From positions 17,895,768 through 17,945,564 of the forward strand of contig NC_057751.1 of the NCBI RefSeq assembly GCF_004010195.1: 49,797 bases of DNA, read 5' to 3'. Below the pieces are notes generated by a model. The model searched no databases, was not told the DNA's origin, and saw nothing but the letters and a program-made list of their open reading frames with translations. Each line of letters begins with the position of its first letter. Position 1 is the stretch's first letter. The position numbers were made by a program, and so were the translations under genes. Shown here piece after piece: positions 24,548-37,324 of the stretch. This DNA is from Chiloscyllium plagiosum (taxonomy: Eukaryota).

Positions 24548-25200
24548 TGTCATGGGCCAGGCCAGACCACTCAAAACAATTCAAGAGGGTGGCACAGACC
24601 CGACGTTTTTTAGTTGTAATAAGCAGATGTGGTGTGGATATTCCACGAGTGATGCAGATCACCAAGGCACTCAGTTTAAAACAAAGTAGTACTTAATTAC
24701 TCATGAACAAACGAAAACTGAATTTAAAATAACATAACTTTTAAAAACACAACTGACTCTATCAAAAATTAATGACGCTGTTCCAAATACTTGAAGGATT
24801 CCCATGAAAACCCACTTGATGAAAAAAGCCTAACATCAAACAAAGACATTTTCAGAAGAGATGTGAAAGAGAGAGAGAGTGAGGATTAGCGTGGAATTAC
24901 TTGACTAGCAGCTCCCCCCAAAAAAACTTGACCTGCAGCTCTAAACAGCCAGATTGTTTGCTGCAAGCAAACCAAACAGAACCAAACCAGATAACAGTTG
25001 AGCTGGGATAACTGTTCACTATCACCCAGCCCCACCCATTTTCTTTGTACAACTGTAACTATTTTTTTAACTCGAAAGCCTTTTATCTAAGGTATTATCT
25101 GTTAGCTGTAGTCAATTTTTCCCGAGAAACTAACCAAACTACATACATCAGAAGCTGATGGTCATTCAGTCACTTAAATGATAAATGATTAACCATGACA
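24548..25200 (-). mobile_element. Solo LTR related to the LTR at 2510-3107
   Basis: Termini TGTCATGG...CCATGACA form an 8-bp inverted repeat. Blocks ctcaaaaca and tatctgttagct are shared with the reverse complement of 2510-3107. Confidence 0.7.
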
Positions 25201-25675
25201 GACTACAGACGGGAGGTGGAAGACCTGCAAAAATGGTGCACCGAGAACAACCTAGTTCTCAATGCCGGCAAAACCAAAATATTCATTATTGACTTTTGGT
25301 GGATATTACTCATGTGCCACTACACATTAAGAGCACAGACGTGGAAAAAGAGGAGAATGTCAATTTCCTGGGAGTGGTCATCCACAACAAACTTTCTTGG
25401 GCTCTTCATGTGCGTGTACTGATTACAAAAGCCCAACAACATCTCTTCTTCCTTCGGAAGCAGAGGAAATTCGGCATGACGGCGAATACCGTTGACAATT
25501 TTTATAGAAGAGCCGTCGAGAGCAGTCTGTCTCATCGTATCACTACCTGGTATGGAAACTGTACCATTCAGGATCGGAAACGGTTACAGATAGTAGTGAT
25601 AGGACAAAGGGTGGAAAAGTATTGGCTAATTAGCCTAACCTCGTTTGTAGGTAAAATTCTAGAATCTATTGTTAA

Positions 25676-26015
25676 GGGTGGCATGATGGCTCTGTGGTTA
25701 ACATTGCTGTCTCACAGCGCTAGGGACCGAGGTTCAATTCCAGCCTTGCACGACTGTCTGCGTGGAGTTTGCACATTCTCCCTGCGTCTGTGTGGGTTTC
25801 ATCCAGTGCTCCGGTTTCCCCCACAATCCAAAGATGTGCAGGTTAGGTGAATTGGACATGCTAAATTGCCCATAGTGTTCATGAATGTGTAGGTTAGTGC
25901 ATTAGTCAGATGTAAATATAGAGTAGGAGAATGGGACTGGGTAGGTTACTCTTCGGAGGGTCATGTGGACTTGTTGGGCTGAAAGGCCTGTTTCCACACT
26001 GTAGGGATTATATGA
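25676..26015 (+). mobile_element. HE1-type V-SINE
   Basis: Head, V-domain and 3' end are recognisable. Confidence 0.9.
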
Positions 26016-26164
26016 GTAAAAGCCACCAACAAGATACAGGTTCTATGAAAATATGTTAGCGGTGCCTAGATATGGTATATAGAAATGGTAAATCATTAGT
26101 GCACCTGTTGCCTTGAGACACAGCAGGGGCAAAGTGTAATGCAAAAATATACACAAGTTTGATA

Positions 26165-26477
26165 GGGGCGGGATGGTGGCTCAGTGGTAAGCACTGCTTC
26201 CTCACAGCAACAGGGTCCCAGGTTCAATTCCAGGCTTGGGCGACTGTCTGTGTGGAGTTTGCACATTCTCCCTGTATCTGTGTGGGTTTCCTCTGCGTGC
26301 TCCGGTTTCCCCCACTGTCCAAAGATGTGAAAGTTAGGTGAATTGGCCATGCAAAATTGCCCATAGTGGTAAGTGCGTTAGTCAGAGGGAAATGGGTCTG
26401 GGTGAACTTTGGAGGGTCGGTGTGAACTTGGGCCAAATAGCCTGTTTTCACACTGTTGGGACTCTAATCTAATCTAA
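26165..26477 (+). mobile_element. HE1-type V-SINE
   Basis: Head, V-domain and (taatc)n tail. Confidence 0.9.
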
Positions 26478-28559
26478 ATTCTTGGAAGCGCAGGGTGAGA
26501 TTAGAATAAGTCAGCATGGATTTAGTAAGTGGAGGTTGTGGGTGACAAACTTGTTAAAATTCATTGAAGATGTAGCAAGTAGGTTAGACCAGGGAAACCC
26601 AGTCGATGTTATCTATCTAGAATTACAATATTCCTTTGATATGGTGCCTCACAGGAGGCTGCTGTGTAAGGTGAGGTCCCATGTTGTTCGAGGTGAGCTA
26701 CTGGCATGGATTGAGGATTAGCTGTCTGACAGAAGGCAGAGAGTTGCCATAAAGGTTCTTTTTCGGAATGGCAGTTCGTGCCAAGTGGCATACCGCAGGG
26801 TTCTGTGTTGAGCCCGCAGCTGCCCACTTTATATGTTAATGATCTGAATGAAGGGACTGAGGGCATTCTGTCGAATTTCGCTGATCGTATGATATTAGGT
26901 GGACAGTCAGGTAGTTCTGAGGAGGTGGGGAGACTGCAGAAAGATTTAGACAGTTTAGGAGAGTGGTCCAGGAAATGGCTGGTGAAATTCAACGTGAGAA
27001 ATGTTACGAATTGCACTTTGGAAAAAAAGAATACAGGCATGGATTATTTTCTAAACGGTGAGAAAATTCGTAAAGCCAAAGTGCAAAGCAATCTGGGAGT
27101 GCTAGTCCAGGATTCTCTGAAGGTTGGCTTGCAGGTTGAATACGTGGATTAGAAGGCAAATACAATGTTGTCATTTATGTCAAGAGGGTAAAAATATAAA
27201 AACAGCAATGGGCTATTGAGACTTTATAAATCTCCAGCTCGGCCCCATTTTTAATACTGTGTCCAATTTTGAGCCATACACAGGAAGTACATACTGGCAC
27301 TGGAGCGTGTCCAGTAGAGATTCACACAGATGATCCCTGTAATGGTCGATCTAACATAGGATGAACGTCAGAGGATCCTGGAACTGTATTCATTACAGTT
27401 TAGATGGTTGAAGGGAGATCGAATATAAACGTACAAGATAATGCATGGCTCAGAAAGGGTGGACGCTGGGAATTTGTTTATGTTACGTGAGGAGACTGAG
27501 ACCCGTGGTCACTGCCTTAGAATTAGAGGAGGTCAATTTAGAACGGAAAACTTGTGACATTTCTTCAGCCAGAGGATGATGGGCCTGTGGAATACATTGC
27601 CACGAATTGCAATGGAGGTCAGGATGTTAAATGTCTTCAAGGCAAAGATTGGTAAGTTCTAAATCTCGCCAGGCATGAAGTGCTGTGGGGATAGTGCGGT
27701 CAAGTGGAATTGTAATGCCCATCCGTCATGATTAAATGGCAGGATGGAGTCGATGGATCGAATGGCCTTACTTACACCCCTCTCTCTTATGGTCTTATGG
27801 GACTTGGGCCCGGACAATCACAAAGACCAACCTCCCATCTATAGTATCCACTTACCAGGCCCGCTGTACAGAGGAGGCCGCCAACATTCTCAATGATCCA
27901 CCCCACCCTGGCATTGTTTTTCTACAACCTCTGCCATCGGGGAGAAAATACATAAGCCTGAACACACGCATCAAACAGTTTCTAAACAGTTTCTACCCGA
28001 CTGCTGTTAGAATAGTGAATAGGCTCACAAACTCTGAACATTGGCCTGTATCTGTGTTTTTGTTTTTGCCGTTGTTTACCCATTATTCACTTATCTATGC
28101 TACTTAGATCTTTGATCTGCCTATATTGATCGCAAGATAAAGCTTTTCACTGTGCCTCGGTACACATGAAAGTAAATTCAATTCATTTCATTTCATTTCA
28201 ATTCAACTTAATTCAATTCAATTCAATTCAATGCAATTCAATTCAATTCAATTCAATTCAAATCAACTTTCAGAGATGGTTCACCAGGAGTAAAAAGAGT
28301 AGGACAGCCCGAATAGTCGAAAATATCTCATATCTCCATACTACCAGAAGTACTGCTCACCACTGCATTTTCATTGGCTGACCACTTCGGCTTAATGCAA
28401 ATGACCAGACTATAATGATGATTTTAGGAATGAAAAATGAAATCAGTGATGTAAGTTCTAATGGGTCATCAGTATGGGTGACATTAATTCGCATATAGAT
28501 TCGGAGAATAAAACGAATCACAATCTTTTTTAAAAAAGTTATCCCTGGTGTGCGTACTG

Positions 28560-29190
28560 GATAATTTTCCTGTACAAATACAAAGAGCAGAAATCTCAGA
28601 ATAGATCCCTGTGGAACATCAGTGGATACCGAGTTCCTGGCTGAACACGTTCCATTTACTGTCAATATATGTCTTTTCTGGGCCAGCCAATTCTGTATCC
28701 AGACAGCCACATTTTCCTGTGTCCTATACGCACTTACTTCTGAATGAGTGGAAATTATCGAACATCTTCCTAAAATCCATGTAAACCGCCTCTATTGCTC
28801 TATCATCGTCAGTGTGTTTTGTCACATCCTCAAATAATTCAAGAAGACGTTTGAGGAATGCCCTGCCCCTCACAAAACCATGCTGACTATCTATAATCAA
28901 GTTATGATTTTCAAAATAATCATATATCCCGTCTGTTCAAATACACTCATAATTTGTCCAGTGCTGACGTAAGAGCGATTGGTCTATAATTCCCTTGGTT
29001 ATACCTATTCCCTTTCTTCAACAATGAAATAAAGTTTGCAACCCCGCAACCATTTGACTCTACTCCAGTGGAGGGAGAGGATGCAAAGATCATCGCCAAT
29101 GACGCAACAATCTCTTTTGTCATTTCCGTTATAACATTAGGCATGTCATGTCTGGCTTTGGGGACTTACCGACCTCATGTATTCCAAACG
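28560..29190 (-). mobile_element. CR1 RT fragment
   Basis: GNYRPIALTS and DVPQGSILR motifs. Confidence 0.85.
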
Positions 29191-29363
29191 TTCCACTGCG
29201 TCCTTCTTTTCAAAGTCAATGTGTTCGAGCGTGTGTTGCAGAGCATATTCGAGAAAAGACCACCTTCATCTTTCCAAACGTTCCACTGCATCCTCCTTTT
29301 CAAAGTCAATGTGTTCGAGCGTGTGTTGCAGAGCATATTCGAGAAAAGACCACCTTCATCTTT
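29182..29363. repeat. Tandem duplication, 2 x 90 bp
   Basis: Units start at 29182 and 29272 and differ by two substitutions. Confidence 0.95.
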
Positions 29364-29515
29364 TTGAGATATAATGAGAAATGAATTCTTGGTAATGGCT
29401 TTTCAGAGTCTCTCTGAGGATGAGCGACCATAACCCAATACAAGCCTTCATCAAAATGTCATCGAGAAGTGAATTTACGATATGTGAGTTGTCAGTTGGC
29501 TATGGATGATTGGAA

Positions 29516-30256
29516 TATAAAACACGGAGGTGAATCCAGCTGTAAATTAAATCAAATACACTGAAAAGCTTGTCTTGCCTCATAATCTATTAACATACGT
29601 GTGGCAGAGAACTACCAGATCCCACTGTTTAATAAAAATACATTAATTCATTTTTTCACTCTAAAAGTCAACGTTAAACAAGTATTTATCACTCTAAATC
29701 CCCTTTCTCTTAACTGCATAGCATCTGCCTCCAACTCTGCAACAACATGTTGTTCTAATAAGACACTTAATAAAATTGCATTTCGTCTTCCGGTGGATGA
29801 TCACTGTTGGTCGTGTTATTTCTTATTGTTGCAAGTATGTTTCATATGAAATATACCTTTGAGACCGAATGCTTCCTAATTTCTTGGCGAGGAAGATGTG
29901 AGCACCCAAAGCCTTTGGGCCACTATTCTCTGTGCAATTTTCAAAACTGTCCACATTTTATATCCACAGACATCGAAATCTGTCATTGTTTGGAAGATGG
30001 CAAAACAATAAATTCAATTCGAATGGGTTTTAGTATCCTGGGGTATAATTAAAACTGATGGTTCAATTTGAAATGCTGTAAAACACAGCAAGCAAAACTA
30101 AGGTATCTATTTCAAAGATAAATATCATATCATTTTAATTTTTCAGTGAACGGTGGGACTGCAATCTAATCATATTTCAGAGGCCTGTGATCTCTCAATT
30201 CAGAGCAGAAGTCACTCTCTCTTAAAGGTACAGGCAGTGCCTCCAACTTCATAACA
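29516..30256 (-). repeat. 3' LTR of the Gmr1-type element, preceded by a polypurine tract
   Basis: Collinear similarity with 36523-37320; the minus strand reads GGGGGTAGG then TGTTAT. Confidence 0.8.
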
Positions 30257-31529
30257 CCTACCCCCTGACTTTCCATAACAAAAAACAACATAATGAAAAC
30301 ATGGTTTCATTTTTTTCTACTTCTTAATCCCATTACCATGAAATACATGCGTCATTAAGGTCAGGTATACCTTTCATATTAAATTCTGCACACAGGCATA
30401 ACATCAAATCAGTCAATCCAATCGGAATGTTTTTTCGTTTAAACCTGTAATAACGTATCTGCTATCACATTTCTACGTGAAGCAACATGTGCAATTTGCA
30501 ATTTAAGGAAATGAAAATGTATGACGATAAGATTCCAAAGAATTATTGTCTTAATTTCGTCTCCAAATCGTTCCAAGAATGTGAGCGAATTGTGAATTGG
30601 GTATGCAACCGTTTCTGACAGTTCGTTCCTCACATAAACAATCAAATGTTGTAAGGCAGTAACAAACTCAGTAACTCTTTTTCGATGGCAGAGTGTTTTA
30701 TCTGGTGTGTGACGAGTTTTTTGAACAGTAGAAAAATGGCCGTTCAATTCCATTATCACCTTCCTGTTGCAGTACAGCTTCAATCCCGAGAATTGCTTGC
30801 AACTTTGAAGGATTTCAAAAACAAGATGGTGTCGCTAAAGCTGGTACGCTGGTTACAAGTACGCTTAAATTCTCAAGTACTTCAGGTCATTGTTCCATGC
30901 ACTGAAATTTTGTGTTCTTCCTCAGTAAATCTGGTAAAAGTTTCACCACATTGCTGAGGTTGGGAACAAACTGCCAGGAGAATCGGCTTAGTCCAAACAT
31001 GGAAGGAAATCTTTCGTCGAGGATAGTTGTGGAAATTCATTGATTGACTTCGTTTTGACGTTTCTTGGGGTCATCTTTCCATTACTGATGTTATGCCCAA
31101 AGAGGGTCTGATCGAACTTCGCACATTACTTTGTCTTTAATTTTAGTATGAGTTTGGCTTCGCATAATCTTTGAAAAACGTCTACTAACTAATAGTTCCA
31201 TGACTCTGTAAAGATCAATACATCATCCAGATAAACTGCACAATTTGTGAATCGTGCCACAACTCTGTTCATGTTATTCGATTATTCTTCATTCCAAAGG
31301 TCATCACATTCAAATGGTATTGCCAATTTGCTGTTACAAGCTTAGAATATTCTTTCACTTTCTCTGATGAGTGTACCCGCCAATAACCGCGCAAGAAGTC
31401 CAACATTGTGACGTAAGTGGATTGTTCAACTTTCTCGAAACAGTCCTCCAATTTTGAAATTGAGTATGGGTCTGATTTTGTTGCAGCGTTGACCTTCCTT
31501 TAGTTTACAGACAATCATCGAGAGCTGTA

Positions 31530-31916
31530 CATAGAACATAGAACATAGAAGAATACAGCGCAGTACAGACCCTTCGGCCCTCGATCTTGCGCCGATCCAA
31601 GCCCACCTAACCTACACTAGCCCACTATCCTCCATATGCCTATCCAATGCCCGCTTAAATACCCATAATGAGGGAGAGTCCACCACTGCAACTGGCAGGG
31701 CATTCCATGAACTCACGACTCGCTAAGTAAAGAACCTGCCCCTAACATCTGTCCTGTACCTACCCCCCTTAATTTAAAGCTATGCCCCCTTGTAATAGCT
31801 GACTCCATACGTGCAAAAAGATTCTCACTGTCAACCCTATCTAAACCCCGAAGCATCTTGTACACCTCTATCAAGTCACCCCTAAACCTTTTTTTCTCCA
31901 GTGAAATCAACCCCAA
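31530..31916 (-). mobile_element. Young 5'-truncated CR1 inserted in the gypsy RT
   Basis: GLISLEKKRFRGDLIEVYKMLRGLDRVD and a (ttctatg)n tail. Confidence 0.92.
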
Positions 31917-32109
31917 TGAAAACTCATTGTTTTCGAAATATAAACTGTGAATGTGATAAATTCCATCGATTGTACTTTTTTTAAAGTACGGGATACTTTA
32001 TTCTGGATTTTAAGTGCCTTTGAGGTTACAACCGTCATTTAAGTACTGGCTTAATATCAGGGTCATTCACTCTTATCAATGCAGTTGGGCTGACGTTCTA
32101 CGTTAATAT

Positions 32110-32580
32110 TAATAGGTTCGAGGAAACGCTTTCTTCTCACAGAGGGTAGAGAATGTTAGCAATTCTCTGGTTTAGCGAGTTAGGGGAAGGAGAACACTGA
32201 AAGCATTTAAAGAGGAGGTCGGTGGATATTTGACCTGTGCGGGTGTAAAGAACTGGACATTAAAGAGAGGTTGATGCCAACAATATGTCACCCATGATCT
32301 TATACAATGGTGTGAGTGTCCGAAGTACCCACCCCTGTTTCTTCTGTCCTCATAGTTTGTAATTGGAAAGTTGTTTGGTATGATTTTCCTCAAAGTGCAG
32401 AACTAGAGGGCATAGGTTCAGGCTGAGAGGGGCAAGATATATAAGAAACCAAAGAGGCAAAGTTTTCATGCAGAGGTTGTTACGTGTATATGGGAGCTGC
32501 GAGAGGAAGTGGTGGAGGCTGGTACAGTTAAAAGGCATTTGGATGCTTATAGGGTCGCATCTGAAGTGTCTGACCCTATG
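32110..32580 (+). mobile_element. Two older CR1 3'-end fragments within the same insertion block
   Basis: ttcttctcacagagggt and aactagagggcataggtt motifs. Confidence 0.7.
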
Positions 32581-34092
32581 ACTCTCTGAACCATCAGGTT
32601 TGGGAACTAACACGAGTGGCGAACTGTAAGGTGGTTGGTTAATCGGAACATGATTCAATATGTCCACCTCATACGCAACCGTATTCGTCCTCCCTATCTT
32701 ATACTTGCGTATGTGCTCAGATTGCTGTAAAAAAAAATTCAACTCGTTTCTTTGCTCCTGAGCCATATAGCTCACTAACCTATCCCACTCCTCAAGGACT
32801 TCCTTATTAATTAACGCATGTTGACGCACACCAAACTCCCCGAGATCTGGATTTGAGTCTGCACTCTGTGGGGCAGTAACTAAAATCTGTTTCTCCATTT
32901 CCTTGTTTTTTTTTATAGTAAGGGTTCAACACATTCACTTGATATAACTTCTGCAGTTTATTTTCCTACCGGCATCTTTACTAGATAGTATACCTGACTC
33001 AAATTTTTCTCAATTTGAAAGGAACTACTGAACATGGGCTTTGCAGGGATCTCCAAACTTTTGTAACAATACTAATATATCATCCCCACGGGAAAATGTC
33101 CTGAGATTAGATTTTGTGCCTGCCACCAGTTTCATTCTATGTTGTGCCCCCTTCAGGTCTTTTCAGCTAACAAACATTCCAGGATTAATCTCCTCAAAAC
33201 CTCACATATATAATCCAATTGTGAGAGCTCTGACTTAAGTGCTGTCAATATTTTGTTTAATTAATTTCAAGGTCCCTCTCAACTCATACCTGAATATTAA
33301 GTGAAAAAGAGTAAAATGAGTAGATTCATTTGGGGCACCTCTAATTATAAATCATACAAATGGGATACCATTAACCCAATCATCGTATATTCCTGACAAT
33401 GCGCTCTTCACATGGTCATCAAGGTCTGATGCCACATTTCCAAGGTTCCCTGGGACTTGATTTAAAGTGGTGTATGTCTAAGTTATCCGTGACTTCCGTA
33501 AACAGCCTCGCAGTAAAATTAGAAACTTGGTCAAACTGAATCTATCTGGGTAATCCATACAGGGTAAAGAAAAAGTGACAAACGCCTCCAGGAAACTTTT
33601 TGCCTCATTAGACTGTAATGCAATTTCCTTCAGAAATCTGGTAAACAAATTCAGCATAGTTGGCAAGTGTTGGTTCTTACTTGTACTTTTCGGGAGAGGA
33701 CCGACACAAACAATTATATGCCACGTGAAAGGTTCTTCAAATACGGTAATTAACAATAAAGGTGTTTTTTAAAAAAGAAATCCCTGGCGTTTACCTACCA
33801 TTTGGCATATATGACATATGTGGCAAAATGTAAATACACCCTTGTGAATTCCAGACGAATAAAAGGAATTTTATTTCTTAGCCTGAGTCTCTAGATGACC
33901 TCCTGTTGGTAACACACGCGTTACCTGTTATACTTTATGTCCATATGCTACCCGTAACACATTCTGGTGCACTTCCACCCATTTCTTCTTTGCACTAACA
34001 TGCCGTGTTCTCTATTTACATCTTAGGATTCTATCATTAAAATAATAACACTTTGGAATACATTCTGATTCCTTTTTCTAATTATCTTTCTC

Positions 34093-34446
34093 TGTGTGTG
34101 TGTGTGTGTGTGTGTGTGTTCATGTGTCGCCATATTCTTACCAGACCAAGGGGTGGCTCTCTGATTAGAGCGAAGCGATTGATGGTGATTTAACCTGACA
34201 GACACCAAACATCAGATGAGGGAAGAGGTTGAGAAAGAGGGTCAGTCATTGTAACTTCAAACCAGTGGCGGAATTGAACTCATGCTGTTAAGCCAGACCA
34301 AGGGGTGGCTCTCTGTTTAGAGCGAAGCAATTGATGGTGATTTAACCTGACAGACTCCAAACATCAGATGAGGGAAGAGGTTGAGAAAGAGGGTCAGTCA
34401 TTGTAACTTCAAACCAGTGGCGGAATTGAACTCATGCTGTTAAGCC
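34093..34446 (-). mobile_element. (TG)n microsatellite plus a tandemly duplicated (2 x about 152 bp) SINE fragment inside the gypsy pol
   Basis: Units start at 34141 and 34293; each has a B-box-like gttcaattcc on the minus strand. Confidence 0.8.
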
Positions 34447-36522
34447 TTTCAGGAACATGTACTTCTGCCTAACCTTCTGCCGATTCAGATTTTTCCTGTA
34501 TCCTTACATCAAACAGGTTTCGAATAACTGAACCACAACTTCTTCGTCTTTCTCTTTAGTTTTTGTTTCGTGCTGTGACGTATTGTAGTGGGATCTTGTT
34601 ACTATGCAGCCTTCAATTATTCAAGGTATTTCACTTTTCTCTCATCGGTTCCATGGATTTCCTTTGACTTCTCTACAAGAAGCGGCATCATTCCTAACTT
34701 GAATCCTGCTGAATCGTTTCCAAGAACAAACTGTATTTCTGGAACTAAAACAATACCAATCAGTCCAACCATTACTTCCTACTTTGATTTGGATCTTCAA
34801 TCTGATCTCATAGAGGGGAGCACTAAGTTTCTGTCCATCTGTTCCAAAGATTACCACTCTGATATAACATGTTGGAAGAGTGCAAATACTTCGATCTCTT
34901 GCTATTGCCGAGTGACAATCTCCCGTATCTCTCAAAACTGCAGCTTCTTTCCCGTCTCCCCCTGTTCTCAATGAGTAAAATTTACCAACGGAGGTGAAGT
35001 CTTTATAGAGATCTGTCACTAATTCAATGCCCAGTCACTGATGAGGCTATGCACTTTCCTTTAGCAATTTGCATTTCTTTGGGTTATCCTTCACCACTTT
35101 CACTGGCTTCGCCTCTTTAAATAAATATTTTCCCACATTGCATTTCTTTAACGAACAGTAACGCGATTGTAAATGCCCCGTCCTAAGGCAGTGAAAATAC
35201 CTGTTTACAATCCCCTTCTTAAACAATCAGCTCTGAAGTTTACGTGTCACACTCCATTCCAGTGAAAATACCTACGACCTCTCATATTGTTCTACCTTCT
35301 TTGACTTCTTTTTTCACCTGCAATAAGCTATTACAAATGTACTCTACTTTTGTTTTGGAGTGAAGGAACTCTCCTTCTCTCATGTTCTATCATTCACAGG
35401 ATGACATTCCTGTCAAAAGCTAGATTTTACCTTACGAAAGGTGCAGATTCATGTGTCATCTCTGCCGCTCTGCTCACTTCTTGAACTTGCTGCTCATCCA
35501 CATAAATTCTTATCATCTATGGAAGTGAGGATTTAAAACTCCTCCAGCAGAATATTCGCTCTTAGAAACTCATAGGTCATAACTGATTTTGAAGCCCGCA
35601 CCCATCTATCAAAATTATTATGTTTCATTCCTTCGAATTCAACATTAGATCTTTTTATGTTTCTGAACCGCTATCTTTTCGCTTCTGGCGCCAATTCATA
35701 GGCACGCAAAATAACCTTTTTGGTATCTGAATCTCTTGACCCCTCGTCTTACAGCACTGCAAATACCTCACGAGCGCTGCCGACCAGCTTACCCTGAACT
35801 CGTATTGCTCACGGGTTCTCTGGCCACTCGTTCTACGTAGTCAATTGTTCAAATGAAATAAAAAAACTTCGATATCTTTCACATTAAAAGTGTACTAACG
35901 TGTTAACATAGGTAAAACATTACCTTCTCCCGTCATCTTCATCCCTTTAACTTGACTTTCTTCACAAATGTTCAATTTCGAACGTTCAGCTTCTCGCTCT
36001 CTTTCTTCTCTCTCTCTGTTCTGTTTTCTGCCCTTTCTCCTTCTATTTGAACAGCCAACAATGTTCTCTCTCTTCTTTCATCAGCTAACTCCATTTGCTT
36101 CCAAGCAATTTAAGTTTTTCTAACTCCACTGCAAATATTTCCCTGATCGACCCAAGTGCTTGACCAACTCTATTATATACGCAGTTTACTTTTTGCCCCT
36201 GTTTAAACCCAATTCTAACCGATTTGTTAATTCTAAATGTATGCCCTTTCTCTGTCTTAGGAAACGTTCTTGAAATTTTTTGAAGCAGCTTCTAACCCGA
36301 GCACGTCTTTTGTAATTTTTAGAGCGAATATCCTCACTTTTAATTTAACCAACCGCAACTAACTAAAATTAAATAAATTGTCTGACATAAGTTTTACTTA
36401 AAATCGAGGATTATAATTGCAAAGTATGCAAATCTGCTAGGGCCCTTTGTTACCGAAATCTGTTCAAATCTCAAACTGGACCTGTTCAAATGTGTCCAAA
36501 TGTCGAAGCTGAACCACCAATT

Positions 36523-37320
36523 TGTTACAACAGGGAGGCGAAACCCTTTGTTAATTAAATCAGACACGAAAAAAAGCTCACCTCGCCTCACAATCTGTTA
36601 AAATATCAGTGAAAGAGATCTCCAAAGTTCCACTAAGTAAAGAAAATAGCATCAATTTATTTTTAACTCTAAAAGTTTACATTTAACAACAGCAATTTGC
36701 AACTTTAAGCTTCCTGTTATCGTAATTGCTTATTATCTGAGTCCAAATCCATCTCAGTTTGTTTTTTTAAATAAGACACTTATTTGACAATTACATCAAC
36801 TTCATTTCAAATCCACACTGCAGCTGTCGGTTTCTATGAATTCACTCTTCCAGCTGATGATCTCTGTGGAGCATGTTCTTCCTTTTTATTGCGAGTATGG
36901 TTCATGTCAAAAGACACCTTTGATCGATAGTGTTTCCTAAATTCCTGCAGAGCAGAATTTTAGATCTCTAAGATTTTCTGTCTCTATGGCAATTCCTCTG
37001 TCTTCAGTTTTCAAAGTGGCCGCATTGTTGCATCAGATCGTCTCATTGTTTTAATGTTGGTAAAACAATAAATTCAAACTCGATTGGGTTTTAGCAACCT
37101 TGGGCAAGATTTAAGCTGATTAGTGAAATTTGAAAGGTTGTCCAAACAGCAATCAAAACTCAGGCATCCATTCCACAGCCAACTATCACATATTTCCCAT
37201 TTTGCAGTGCAATCTGGGACTGCCATTCAGAGGTACACATCGAACCGTGCAAGCTGTCATTTGAGAACAGCATTCACTCTCTCTTTTAAAGGTATAGTGC
37301 ACGACTTCAACTTCATAACA
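36523..37320 (-). repeat. 5' LTR of the Gmr1-type element, followed by a PBS-like TGG motif
   Basis: Minus-strand termini TGTTAT...TAACA, followed closely by TGGTGGTTCAGC. Confidence 0.82.
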
Positions 37321-37324
37321 CCGG

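Larger units (their letters stand above)
25600..27800 (+). mobile_element. CR1 RT/3' fragment nested in the Rex1-like LINE
   Basis: ISLTSFVGKILES, SQHGFSK, SGIPQGSVLSP and NFADRMILGG motifs; (tcttatgg) tail. Confidence 0.92.
25200..28262 (+). mobile_element. Rex1/Babar-like LINE 3' part (25200-25599 and 27801-28262), split by a CR1; (TTCAA)n tail at about 28175-28262
   Basis: DYRREVEDLQKWCTENNLVLNAGKTK, KAQQHLFFLRK and ITTWYGNCTIQDRKRLQ, continuing as RTITKTNLPSI...DPPHPG...LPSGRKY...NSFYPTAVR. Confidence 0.85.
29516..37320 (-). mobile_element. Near full-length decayed Gmr1-type gypsy retrotransposon: 5'LTR-gag(SCAN-like, zinc knuckles)-PR-IN-RT-RH-3'LTR
   Basis: Capsid/SCAN-like ILRAYELAPEA...NILLEEFKSSLP at about 35450-35900; protease VLRDTG at about 34930; integrase EEPFT..IVCVGPLPKS at about 33200-34000; RT split at about 31525/32582; RNase H RNVIADTL at about 30450. 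Confidence 0.9.

Noticed and set aside
32350..32898. 182-aa ORF
   Set aside because: It is a chance read-through of gypsy pol into an antisense CR1 fragment.
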